NCBI GenBank assembly: GCA_040218735.1
Contig: JAVJQW010000017.1
Span: 192,001-256,000 of the forward strand
DNA from: Deltaproteobacteria bacterium
GTDB lineage: Bacteria > Myxococcota > Kuafuiibacteriia > Kuafuiibacteriales > Kuafuiibacteriaceae
Reading direction: 5' to 3'
Length of the DNA: 64,000 nt
In this document: positions 29,468 through 38,279 of the stretch, in pieces
How the letters are laid out: each line of letters starts with the position of its first letter
Numbering within the stretch: the stretch's first letter is position 1
The notes under the pieces: generated by a model
Told to the model about the DNA's origin: nothing
What the model saw: only the letters and a program-made list of their open reading frames with translations
The model's database searches: none
Position numbers and translations under genes: made by a program

Positions 29468-29982
29468 GCCGACCTCCTCGCTTCCGCCTTGCGCTCACGC
29501 TCGACCGCGCGTTCGAGCTCGAGTCGCGCCGCGCGCAAGCGCGAGTACACCGTCGGCAACGCGAGATCGAACGCCTCCGCGATCTCGGGCGCCGTCATGC
29601 CCTCGAGCTCGGACAGGATGAACACCGTCCGCTTCTTGTCGTCGAGCGCACCGAGGAGCCGGTGCAGCGTTTGGGCGGCCTCGCTCCGCGCGTAAGCGTC
29701 AGTCGTCGCATCCGGCGTCGCCGCCGCGTATGCGTCCTCGCGCCGCTCCTTCCGCATCCGTGTCCGGCGATACCGCTGCGCGATCCGCAGCGTGATCGCA
29801 AACAGCCAGGTACGGATCGACGATCGCCCCTCGAACTCCTCCAGCCTGCGGTGCGCGACGAGGAAGACGTCGTGCACGGCGTCGTCGACCGAAGCGTCGT
29901 CCACGCCGAGGCGCAGCGCGCTTCGGAACACAAACCCGTGGTGCGCCTCGTACACCTCTTCGAATGTGGGCCGCCCCTCCAC
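29464..29982 (-). CDS. ECF RNA polymerase sigma-70 factor
   Basis: DDAVHDVFLV, FEGRSSIRTWLFAI, EIAE....TVYSRL..AR; GTG 29982 preceded by AAGGAG. Confidence 0.92.
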   Translation of the reverse strand: MEGRPTFEEVYEAHHGFVFRSALRLGVDDASVDDAVHDVFLVAHRRLEEFEGRSSIRTWLFAITLRIAQRYRRTRMRKERREDAYAAATPDATTDAYARSEAAQTLHRLLGALDDKKRTVFILSELEGMTAPEIAEAFDLALPTVYSRLRAARLELERAVERERKAEARRSA

Positions 29983-30086
29983 TCGCTCCTTCGTCCCCGC
30001 CCGCGCGCCAATCCATCGACGAATCTGCGCCGCGCCCACATTTTGCGACGGTTTGGGGGGCGCGCGGCAACTCACCCAACCCGTCG

Positions 30087-30872
30087 ATGACTCGCTGGAT
30101 CACCTTGCTGCTCGTCCTGGCGGGCTGCGCGGCGCCTACGGAGGCGCTCGAGTGCACGTCCGACCTGGACTGCCCCGCCGAAGAGCGTTGTTCGACCGGG
30201 GTCTGCGGTCCACCGACCGACGGCCCGGTCGACGCCGGCCCCCAAGTCGCCTCGGACGCCGGTAGCCACGCCGTAGCGGACGCGGGCGTCGTCCCGGACG
30301 CAGGGCCCCAGGCACGCCCCGACGCTGGAGTCCGGGTCCCGTCGGGGCCTCCACCCTTCCGGCCTCCGCCCGCGTCCCCTCTGTGTATGGGGACCACGAC
30401 CTCGACCTGCGCCTGCGCGGACGGCCGCGACGGCGAGCGGCGCTGCCGCAGCGACGACTCCCTCGGCGCGTGTGTCTGCGGCGACACGGAGGAGGACCGC
30501 ATCGCCCGGGTCCGCGGCGGCATCGTCGGCTTGTGGGCGGGGACGCGCTTCACCGTGTGGGACGGCGAACAGCTCGTCTGGGTCGCGTTCCGCGCCGACG
30601 GGACGCAGGGATCCGAGTGCGTCGGCGCGTGCCTCACGTTCTTCTGGCCCGAAGACGGCACCCCGACCCCGAACCGCACCTACCGCATCTACGACGTCAC
30701 CGCGGACGACACGGGACGCGGCGACCTGAGCTTCGCCTACGCGTCGTTCACCCGCGCCCTCGCGCTGGAACGCATCACGATCAGCGCGGACGAAGACCGC
30801 ATGACCTTCGAAGCGCGGCACGACGAGATCGCCCACCCGCTCCTGTTCGACCTCGTCCGCTACGCACCGTGA
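30087..30872 (+). CDS. Cys-rich lipoprotein with DAG repeats
   Basis: Lipobox VLAGC; CTSDLDC...C..GVC; repeated DAG; C.C..G..G...C. Confidence 0.75.
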   Translation: MTRWITLLLVLAGCAAPTEALECTSDLDCPAEERCSTGVCGPPTDGPVDAGPQVASDAGSHAVADAGVVPDAGPQARPDAGVRVPSGPPPFRPPPASPLCMGTTTSTCACADGRDGERRCRSDDSLGACVCGDTEEDRIARVRGGIVGLWAGTRFTVWDGEQLVWVAFRADGTQGSECVGACLTFFWPEDGTPTPNRTYRIYDVTADDTGRGDLSFAYASFTRALALERITISADEDRMTFEARHDEIAHPLLFDLVRYAP

Positions 30873-30955
30873 CTAGGCTGAGGCCGGTCGCGCGAGCGAC
30901 GGGTCCGAAGACTGTGCCAAGCCGTCCCGCGCAGCGGGCCGGCGTTATGGCCTAG
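30873..30955. repeat. 83-bp imperfect hairpin bounded by CTAG at both ends
   Basis: CTAGGC...GCCGG...GACGG / CCGTC...CCGGC...GCCTAG; CTAG at 30873-30876 and 30952-30955. Confidence 0.6.
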
Positions 30956-31744
30956 AAGGCCGTATCGGCTAGCCGGCGGGGGAGTGCCCAGGCTCGACTT
31001 CGCTTTCGGCGACGGCCGGGGACCTCTCCTCCGGTCAGAAGCCGTTCGTCTCGCCGGGTGTGGCCCCTCGGCTTCGCTGATGGCCGCGGTGGGCGAGCCG
31101 AACTCATTCCCTACGGAGAGGTCCCCGCCCGCCGCCATCGCTCCGCGTGTCGAGTTGCCGCTCACCAGCGATCCGATGGGTGGTGAATCGCCGCGCCCGA
31201 TGTCTGCGCTCCGCTACGCGCGTTGCCCAAACCCAGCGCGTGCATCGGCGTGCTCTCGTGCTGATCTGCAGTCCTACTGCGTTGGGATCAGGCAACGCGA
31301 ATAGCGGAGCGCAAGGGGCGGGCGCTCCGATTCCGAAAGCCGAGCCGCTCCGCCGAGCGCAACGTGCCTTGCCCATCGCGAACGCGGGGTCCCCGTGTCG
31401 ATCGATGGCCCAGCAAGCCGAACCGAGGTCGGCGTGCCCGCCGCCGGAGCGGAGCGAGCGCCTGGGCAGCATGTCGCATCACCTCCGCAATGGCGCGAAG
31501 CTCCTTGGGTCACCCACCCCCATCGGATCGCCGAGTGAAGGCAACTCGACGCGCGGAGCGCTGGGGGCGGACGGGGACGCTCTGGAGGGAATCAGTTCGG
31601 CTCGCCCGCCGCGGCAAACAGCGAAGCCGAGGGGCCACACCAGGCGAGACGAACGGCTTCTGACCGGAAGAGCGTCCCCGGCCGACGCCAAAAGCGAAGC
31701 CGGACCTGGGCACTCCCCTACCGGCAATCCGATACGGCCTCCTA
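30953..31744. mobile_element. Non-coding element with ~235-bp terminal inverted repeats (MITE-like or large structured RNA)
   Basis: Arms 30953-31186 and 31510-31744 are imperfect reverse complements; ends TA|GAAGGCCGTATCGG ... CCGATACGGCCTCC|TA; internal hairpins; no credible ORF. Confidence 0.8.
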
Positions 31745-32716
31745 TGGGAAGCGCAGCTCGATCCACAGGCCGCTGCGGGCGCCGAAGCGGCCCATGCGAA
31801 CGTTCACGCCCTCGATCTCGTAGCGCGGGCGCACCCACGACACGACGCCCTCGAGATCGAGCATGAACGCGAGGTTGTTCGTCACCACGAACGACAACCC
31901 CGTCGACAAGGTCGAGCCGCCCCAGAAGCTGCGCACCGGCGCGACCTCTTGGCTGACGGAGTCGGCCGCGAACCGCCCGAGCTGGAGCCCGATGCAGATG
32001 GGCACCTCCAGCCACTTCGTCGGCGTCGCGACGTAACAAGACGAGCCGTCCATCGTCCAAAGGCCCACCGTCGCCTCGGGCACCGGCGTCGTCCGGTCGA
32101 GCCACACCGTCGCCGCACCGTAGAACCGCAGCGGATCCCACAGCACCGCGCCGCCGAACGACAGACCGAAGCCCGTCCCCGGCAGCACCTGCGTGCCGAC
32201 GCGCGCCCCCGCGCGGAAGTCGAGGCGCGGCAGCGGGATGCCGAACACGATCCCGGGCGCGCGCAGCCCGTCTTGGTCGAGCGGAGGTCGACCAGGCGCG
32301 CGCGCCGGCTTCGGTGGCGCCGTCGAAGTCTCGGTCTCTTCGACCGGCTCTTCCTCGGTCGGCTGCGCCCACGAGATCGCCGCCGGGTCGATCGCCATCG
32401 CGACGACGAGCGCCGTGACGTCGACGATCGAGGCGCACGAGGTCTCGCCCTCCTCGGACTGAACCGTTCGCTCGTGATGGCGCCCGTCGTCGTCGACGGT
32501 GTCGATGCGCACCGTGTAGCGCCCGCCGGCCGCGGTTGCGGTCGCCGTGACCTCGAGCGCGCGGTCGAAGGTCTCGTCGAGCGAGCGACCGAGCAGCAGC
32601 TCGATTCGATCGACGACGACCTGGCGCTCGGGACAAACCTCGGGGGCGCGCCAGTCGAACGTGACGGGCCCGCTCGCTCCCACCACGAGCAGCGTAATCA
32701 GCTCAGGCGTCATCAC
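31742..32716 (-). CDS. Hypothetical exported protein, C-terminal beta-barrel-like region
   Basis: N-terminal W.AP..CP motif, Pro-rich linker, amphipathic strands ending IELRFP; its TAG stop supplies the TA flank of the adjacent element. Confidence 0.75.
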   Translation of the reverse strand: MMTPELITLLVVGASGPVTFDWRAPEVCPERQVVVDRIELLLGRSLDETFDRALEVTATATAAGGRYTVRIDTVDDDGRHHERTVQSEEGETSCASIVDVTALVVAMAIDPAAISWAQPTEEEPVEETETSTAPPKPARAPGRPPLDQDGLRAPGIVFGIPLPRLDFRAGARVGTQVLPGTGFGLSFGGAVLWDPLRFYGAATVWLDRTTPVPEATVGLWTMDGSSCYVATPTKWLEVPICIGLQLGRFAADSVSQEVAPVRSFWGGSTLSTGLSFVVTNNLAFMLDLEGVVSWVRPRYEIEGVNVRMGRFGARSGLWIELRFP

Positions 32717-33101
32717 AGGTGCAGGCCGACTGAATCCTCAGGTAGAGCGTGCCCTCGCCGTCGACCACGACGGCCTGAGGCTCGCGGTCCGTGACGTCCC
32801 CCGACGCACATTGCAAGCGAAGTTGCGCGAGGTACTTTCCTTCGGCGAGGTGCAGGACGTGCCCGTCGAAGATCCCGTCGCGGTTGGCGAGGAGCTTGAA
32901 GCTCCGCAGCAGATCCCCGTCCTGCTCGAGCGCGACCGTCGCGTAGCGCACGCACTTGGGGTCGGTGGGCTGCGGAACGAAGCGAACCTCGTGACGCATC
33001 ATCTGGGGGAGGAACAACGCAGCGCCGCCGATCAGCCCGAGGAGGGCGACGGGGCGTGCGAGGCGTCGTCGCCAACCCGCGACCTGTCCGTCTTCGGTCA
33101 A
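32703..33101 (-). CDS. Hypothetical membrane-anchored protein
   Basis: N-terminal hydrophobic helix; overlaps both neighbours in an apparent operon. Confidence 0.65.
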   Translation of the reverse strand: MTEDGQVAGWRRRLARPVALLGLIGGAALFLPQMMRHEVRFVPQPTDPKCVRYATVALEQDGDLLRSFKLLANRDGIFDGHVLHLAEGKYLAQLRLQCASGDVTDREPQAVVVDGEGTLYLRIQSACTCDDA

Positions 33102-33604
33102 TGCCCCTCGCCGTCGTGCGGACGTCCGCTCGCCGACAGATCCGTCGTGGCGTCGCCGTCCGGTTCGAGGTCTTCGGGTTGCTCCTCGAGGACGTCTCGC
33201 CCCGACGGGTCGCGCACCGACACCTTCGAGCCAGCGTCGACCTCCGGCTTCACGGCGCGACCGTCGCCGGTGGGTTTGAACGACACACTCGCGTTCACCT
33301 CGACGCGGAGCTGCGTCAGGATCTTCACCGCCTCGGAGGAGATGTCCGTCGCGCGCAGGAAGTCGCCGACCTCCTTCGCGATGACACGAACCGCCTGCTC
33401 CTTGCCGCGCTCCCCCTGCTGCAGCAGGTAGCTGATCGCATCACGCCCGGCGGTCTGGGTGTTCTGGACCTGCCCGACGGTGTTCTCGATGGCCTTCTTC
33501 ACGATGTCCGCGATGACGGGGCGATAACGCTCCCGCCGGCGGAACATCTCGTCGTCATCTTCGGCGAAGACGTCTTCGAGTCTCTCTTCGGTCTCTTCAC
33601 TCAT
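33098..33604 (-). CDS. Hypothetical cytoplasmic protein
   Basis: GAGGTG RBS, GC3-biased codons, acidic termini. Confidence 0.75.
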   Translation of the reverse strand: MSEETEERLEDVFAEDDDEMFRRRERYRPVIADIVKKAIENTVGQVQNTQTAGRDAISYLLQQGERGKEQAVRVIAKEVGDFLRATDISSEAVKILTQLRVEVNASVSFKPTGDGRAVKPEVDAGSKVSVRDPSGRDVLEEQPEDLEPDGDATTDLSASGRPHDGEGH

Positions 33605-33612
33605 CTCGCACC

Positions 33613-34026
33613 TCAGAACGCTTCGATTTCGAAGTAGGGCTCGTTGGAGCGGCGCCCTGCCCCGTCCTCGAGCACCACGCCGATCTTCACGCGGTCTCCT
33701 ACCGCCACCTCGTCGATCAACCTTACGATGATGTCGATCTGCCCTTCCGTGGCGTCGGGGGCAAGCGGCGGGGACTGCTGCTCGAACACATCGGCCATCG
33801 GCAACGTCGCGTTTTTGTCCCCGTTGATCCTCAGCTCCAGCACACCCTGCGCGAGGTCGCCGTCCGTGTCCTCGAAGGCCACCTGGACCTCCAGCGCCAG
33901 CGGATCCTGCGGGCTCTGCTGCAAGAGCCGCAGACGCGCCACACGCGGGCGCCCCGGCTCCCAGTCGTTGGGGTCGTCACCGCACCCCAACAGGGCCAGC
34001 AGCCCCCACAGCATCAGCCTCCGCAC
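33613..34026 (-). CDS. Hypothetical lipoprotein
   Basis: Lipobox ALLGC; F.D.DGDL motif. Confidence 0.75.
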   Translation of the reverse strand: MRRLMLWGLLALLGCGDDPNDWEPGRPRVARLRLLQQSPQDPLALEVQVAFEDTDGDLAQGVLELRINGDKNATLPMADVFEQQSPPLAPDATEGQIDIIVRLIDEVAVGDRVKIGVVLEDGAGRRSNEPYFEIEAF

Positions 34027-34038
34027 GACCGTTTCATT

Positions 34039-34644
34039 CTACTCGACGTCCACGATCCGCCAACGACCATCCTCACGGACGAAGCGCACCGCTCGGTGCT
34101 CCGCGTAGGCCAGAACCGCCGTCTCCCCCTCGACCCGCGCCGCCGGGACGGCCTCCCCGAGCGCCTCCCGGGCCGCCGAAAGGCGCGGCTTCACGGCCTC
34201 GACGTGCGCCGCCAGCGCCGCGTCCGTCGCGAGGCGCTGCGCCGCCGCCTTGGGCAGCACCCGGCGCACCACGTCCCATCGCGCGTGGTCCAGCGCCCAC
34301 CACAGCGTCTTCAGCGCCGCCGCGGGGGTGTCCGAGCGCAGGGCCTCGACACCTCCGCTCGCGACGCGCCAACCGCCGTCCTCCTCGACGAGCACGACCT
34401 CGCGGCCGTCTTCGAGCACCACCACGTGCCGACGCTGGACGGGGACCCCGAGCTCGGGGGCGTCCGCGCCGCGCTCCGCGAGCGCCTCCGCGGACGCCGC
34501 CTCCCGCGTGGCCCGGTCCGAGAGTCGGTGCACCGTCGCCCAATCCTCGGCGGCGACCGCGCGACGGTAGGCGTCCAGCGTGTCCTCGGGACCCGGCGTG
34601 CTGCACGCGGCGACGAACAACAGCGCGAGCGCGCCGCGTTTCAC
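34039..34644 (-). CDS. Hypothetical lipoprotein (two NTF2-like halves)
   Basis: GTG 34644 overlapping the pyrC stop; lipobox FVAAC; repeated LVEEDGGWRV / FVREDGRWRI. Confidence 0.75.
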   Translation of the reverse strand: MKRGALALLFVAACSTPGPEDTLDAYRRAVAAEDWATVHRLSDRATREAASAEALAERGADAPELGVPVQRRHVVVLEDGREVVLVEEDGGWRVASGGVEALRSDTPAAALKTLWWALDHARWDVVRRVLPKAAAQRLATDAALAAHVEAVKPRLSAAREALGEAVPAARVEGETAVLAYAEHRAVRFVREDGRWRIVDVE

Positions 34645-35921
34645 CGAGGCGCCTCGTAGGTCACCACACCCTGCGCGATCGTGAGCGCGGCGCGCCCGAC
34701 GAACCGGCGCCCGAGCAACGGCGTGTTGCGCGACTTGGAGTACGTTTGCTCGAAGCGCCATTCGACCTCGCGATCGATCAACGTCAGATCGGCCGGCCCG
34801 CCTTCCCGCAGCCGCCCCAGGTCCAACCGCTGCAGCACGTTCGCCGGCGCCCGCGTCATCGTGGTGATCGCGCGCTCGAGCGTGAGGCGCTTGTCGCTCA
34901 CGAGCGCGAGCATCACCGGGAGCATCGTCTCCAGCCCCGTCGCGCCCGGCGCCGCCCAGTCGAGCTCCACGTTCTTCTCGATCTCGATCTGTGGGTTGTG
35001 GTCACTCGCGACGCAGTCGATCGTGCCGTCGGCGAGCCCCGTGATCACTGCGTCGACGTCCGACCGCGGGCGCAGCGGCGGGAACACCTTCGCCGCGGTG
35101 TCGTAGCCGAGCACCGCCTCGTCCGTGAGGAGCAAGTGCAGCGGCGACACGTCCGCGGTCACGCGAATCCCGCGCTTCTTGGCCTGACGGATCAGCTCGA
35201 CACCCGCCGCCGTCGAGACGTGCCCGATGTGCAGCCGCGACCCGGTGAGCTCCGCGATCGCGAGGTCCCGCGAGATCCCGACGACCTCCGCCGCGCCCGG
35301 CGCGCCCGACAACCCGAGCCGCGCCGAGACCAGGCCCTCGTGCATGACCCCGCCGAGCGACAGCGACTCGTCCTCCGCGTGCGTCATGATCGGCGTACCG
35401 ACGTCCCCTGCGGTCTCCATCGCGTACCGCAACAGCTGGCTGTCCTTCACCGAGCGGTCGCCGTCGGTGAACAAGACACACCCCGCCGCGGACAGCTTCG
35501 CCATCTCCGCGAGGCGCTCGCCCTCGCGCCCGACGGAGAGCGCACCGGCCGGAAGGACACGCGTCGTCCCCGCCGCGCGCCCGCGCGCGAGGATCAGCTC
35601 GACGACCTCGACACGATCCACCGTGGGCTTCGTGGTCGGGAGCGCGACGAAGGTCGTGACCCCGCCCGCGGCAGCGGCGGCGGCGGCGGTCGCGATGCTC
35701 TCGCGGCTGGTGAAGCCTGGCTCACACGCGTGCACGCGCAGGTCGACGAGGCCGGGGACGAGCAGCTTGCCGCCGCCGTCGATCACCCGGTCGGCCATCA
35801 CCTCCGCGGAGGCGTCGAGCGAGCCGATCGCGGCCCCGTCGAGCACGACGTTGCGCGCGTCGGCGTCTACGCCGGCGCCCGGGTCGAAGAGGCGGACGTT
35901 CTTGAGCAGCGTCGTGCTCAT
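34641..35921 (-). CDS. pyrC: Dihydroorotase-like protein (possibly inactive PyrC')
   Basis: PGLVDLRVH..EPG (H-x-H changed to R-x-H), H.ED..L, K..PPLR, SDHNP, SKSRNTP; coupled to pyrB. Start ATG 35921. Confidence 0.9.
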   Translation of the reverse strand: MSTTLLKNVRLFDPGAGVDADARNVVLDGAAIGSLDASAEVMADRVIDGGGKLLVPGLVDLRVHACEPGFTSRESIATAAAAAAAGGVTTFVALPTTKPTVDRVEVVELILARGRAAGTTRVLPAGALSVGREGERLAEMAKLSAAGCVLFTDGDRSVKDSQLLRYAMETAGDVGTPIMTHAEDESLSLGGVMHEGLVSARLGLSGAPGAAEVVGISRDLAIAELTGSRLHIGHVSTAAGVELIRQAKKRGIRVTADVSPLHLLLTDEAVLGYDTAAKVFPPLRPRSDVDAVITGLADGTIDCVASDHNPQIEIEKNVELDWAAPGATGLETMLPVMLALVSDKRLTLERAITTMTRAPANVLQRLDLGRLREGGPADLTLIDREVEWRFEQTYSKSRNTPLLGRRFVGRAALTIAQGVVTYEAPR

Positions 35922-36928
35922 GCGCCCTCCGCCCACGGCCCCCGCCCCACCGCACGCTCGAGGACCGCCATGCGCACCGCGATCCCGTTGCGAACCTGGT
36001 GCGCGACGACCGAGGTCGGCCCGTCCGCGACCTCCGGATCGATCTCGATGCCGCGGTTCATCGGGCCGGGGTGCATCACGAAGGCCTCCGGTTTCATGCG
36101 CTCGGCGCGCGCGACCGTGAGTCCGTAGGTCCGGTTGTAGTCGCCGAGGCTCGGGAACGGCGGCGGGCCGACCATCCGCTCGAACTGCACGCGCAGCATC
36201 ATCACCGCGTCGGCGACGGGGATGATGTCGTCGACGTCGCGTACGATCGTGCCGCCGAGGGACTCCAAGGTTCGCGGCACCAGCGACCGCGGTCCGCACA
36301 ACAGCACCCGCGCGCCGAGCTTGGTCAGGAGGAACAGGTCGGAGCGCGCCACGCGCGAGTGCGCGATGTCGCCGACGATCGCGATCGTCCGCCCCTGCAG
36401 GCTCTCCAACCGATCGAGCAGCGTCATCGCGTCGAGGAGCGCTTGCGTGGGGTGTTCGTGCGCGCCGTCGCCCGCGTTCACCACCGCGGTTCGACCGACG
36501 CTCTCCGCCGCGGCCGCGAGCAGGTGCGGCGCCCCCGGGCTGGAGTGACGGCAGACGAGCGCGCCGGGCTCCATCGCGGCGAGCGTGCGGCCAGTGTCCC
36601 AGACCGTCTCGCCCTTCTTCACCGACGACGACGACGACGCGATGCTGACGATCGTCGCGCCGAGGTTCTGGGCGGCGATCTCGAACGACGCGCGCGTCCG
36701 GGTGCTCGCCTCGTAGAAGAGCGTGACGACGGACTCACCGGCGAGCGGGCGCTCATCGGCGCGACCGAGCTTCGCGTGCCGAAGCACCCGTGCGCGGTCG
36801 AGGATCTTCGTGCACTCTTCCGCGCTGAGCGGCTCGATCCCGAGGAGGTGGCGGTCTTCGCGCCGCGGAACGCGACGCGCGCGCGGGTCATCCAGCGAGG
36901 ACTTCGACGCGGCGTCGGTGTTCGCCAT
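35918..36928 (-). CDS. pyrB: Aspartate carbamoyltransferase catalytic subunit
   Basis: FYEASTRTRASFE, NAGDGAHEHPTQALLD, GDIAHSRVARS, MHPGPMNRG. Confidence 0.96.
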   Translation of the reverse strand: MANTDAASKSSLDDPRARRVPRREDRHLLGIEPLSAEECTKILDRARVLRHAKLGRADERPLAGESVVTLFYEASTRTRASFEIAAQNLGATIVSIASSSSSVKKGETVWDTGRTLAAMEPGALVCRHSSPGAPHLLAAAAESVGRTAVVNAGDGAHEHPTQALLDAMTLLDRLESLQGRTIAIVGDIAHSRVARSDLFLLTKLGARVLLCGPRSLVPRTLESLGGTIVRDVDDIIPVADAVMMLRVQFERMVGPPPFPSLGDYNRTYGLTVARAERMKPEAFVMHPGPMNRGIEIDPEVADGPTSVVAHQVRNGIAVRMAVLERAVGRGPWAEGA

Positions 36929-36937
36929 GCTCGGCGA

Positions 36938-37387
36938 CTACCACTCGACCTGAGTCAAGTCGCCCTCGATCTTCTTCTCGAAGACAATGTGGGTCGTCTT
37001 CCCGATCAGGGGCCACTCGTAGTCGTCCTCGTAGAAGAACTCGATGACACACAGCTTGCCGCGCTTGGCCTGGAAGCTGTCCGTCTTCTGATTCCGCGCC
37101 GTCAGCTCCTCGGGCGTGAACTTGACGCGCGAGAAGCGAAAGTTGTCCTTGGTGATCCGCAACCCCGTGCGCCGCGCGTTCTGGACGAGCTTCTCGACCA
37201 GCTCTTCGTCGTCGAGGATTCGGTAGGCCTCGTTGCAGCCCGTCTGCATGATCCCCCCCATCTGGAAGCTGGGCCACCAGACAGGGATCGCAAACCACAA
37301 CAGGTACGCGATGATCAGAACGATGATGGTCACCGTCACCGAAACGGCGTTGATCCGTTTCGGTTTCTTCATCGCGTAGATGTTCAT
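36938..37387 (-). CDS. Hypothetical single-TM protein
   Basis: GAGGT RBS, N-terminal TM helix, GC3 bias. Confidence 0.7.
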   Translation of the reverse strand: MNIYAMKKPKRINAVSVTVTIIVLIIAYLLWFAIPVWWPSFQMGGIMQTGCNEAYRILDDEELVEKLVQNARRTGLRITKDNFRFSRVKFTPEELTARNQKTDSFQAKRGKLCVIEFFYEDDYEWPLIGKTTHIVFEKKIEGDLTQVEW

Positions 37388-37402
37388 CGCTGACCTCGGA
37401 CT

Positions 37403-38275
37403 CTAACCCATCGCCGCCTGCATCGTGACCCCCAGGTCCGCAGGCGTCGGCGCCACCTTCACCCCGGCCGCCTCGAGCGCCGCGATCTTTTCGGCCGCGG
37501 TGCCCTTGCCGCCGGAGATGATCGCACCAGCGTGCCCCATCCGCTTGCCGGGCGGGGCCGTCGTGCCGGCGACGAAGCCGGTGACCGGCTTCTTCATCTC
37601 GGACTTGATGAAGTCCGCCGCGGTCTCCTCGGCCGTGCCACCGATCTCACCGATCATGATGACGCCGTCCGTATCCGGGTCCGCGTTGAACGCCTCCAGG
37701 CAGTCCACGAAGTTGGTGCCGTTGACCGGGTCGCCGCCGATGCCGACGCACGTCGACTGACCGATCCCCAGCGCCGTCAGCTGCCCGACCGCCTCGTACG
37801 TCAACGTGCCGGAGCGCGAGACGACGCCGATGCGACCGGCCTTGTGGATGTGGCCGGGCATGATCCCGATCTTGCACGCGTCCGGCGTGATGATGCCGGG
37901 GCAGTTCGGGCCGATCATCCGCGACTTCGACGTCTCCATCACCCGCGCGACCTTCACCATGTCGAGGATCGGGATGCCCTCCGTGATGACGACGATCAGC
38001 TCGATCTCCGCCTCGACCGCCTCGAGGATCGCGTCCGCCGCGAACTTCGGCGGGACGAAGATCGCCGTCGCGTTCGCGCCGGTCTCTTCCTTCGCCTTCA
38101 CGACCGTGTCGAACACCGGGACCTTGTCCTCGAACCGCTGGCCGCCCTTACCGGGCGTGACACCACCGACGATGTTCGTGCCGTACTCGAGCATCTGCTG
38201 CGCGTGGAACGAGCCCGCACCGCCCGTGATGCCCTGAACCAGGAGCTTCGTGTCGTTGTTTACCCAGATGGCCAC
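37403..38275 (-). CDS. sucD: Succinyl-CoA synthetase alpha subunit
   Basis: [25 protein letters not shown]. Confidence 0.97.
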   Translation of the reverse strand: MAIWVNNDTKLLVQGITGGAGSFHAQQMLEYGTNIVGGVTPGKGGQRFEDKVPVFDTVVKAKEETGANATAIFVPPKFAADAILEAVEAEIELIVVITEGIPILDMVKVARVMETSKSRMIGPNCPGIITPDACKIGIMPGHIHKAGRIGVVSRSGTLTYEAVGQLTALGIGQSTCVGIGGDPVNGTNFVDCLEAFNADPDTDGVIMIGEIGGTAEETAADFIKSEMKKPVTGFVAGTTAPPGKRMGHAGAIISGGKGTAAEKIAALEAAGVKVAPTPADLGVTMQAAMG

Positions 38276-38279
38276 GTCT

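Noticed and set aside
15478-31713. Similarity between the 81-bp unit (CCCGGCCG...CCTGGGCAC) and the arm of the large element
   Set aside because: Only two 8-9 nt GC-rich words match with differing spacers; not distinguishable from chance without more copies.
30953-31744. Retron msr-msd or group II intron
   Set aside because: No reverse transcriptase in the window and no recognisable domain V or branching-G context.
30860-31866. ORFs of 64-239 aa across the inverted-repeat element, possible transposase
   Set aside because: No DDE or HuH motifs, no consistent codon bias, Arg/Ala/Pro-rich translations typical of spurious GC-rich frames.
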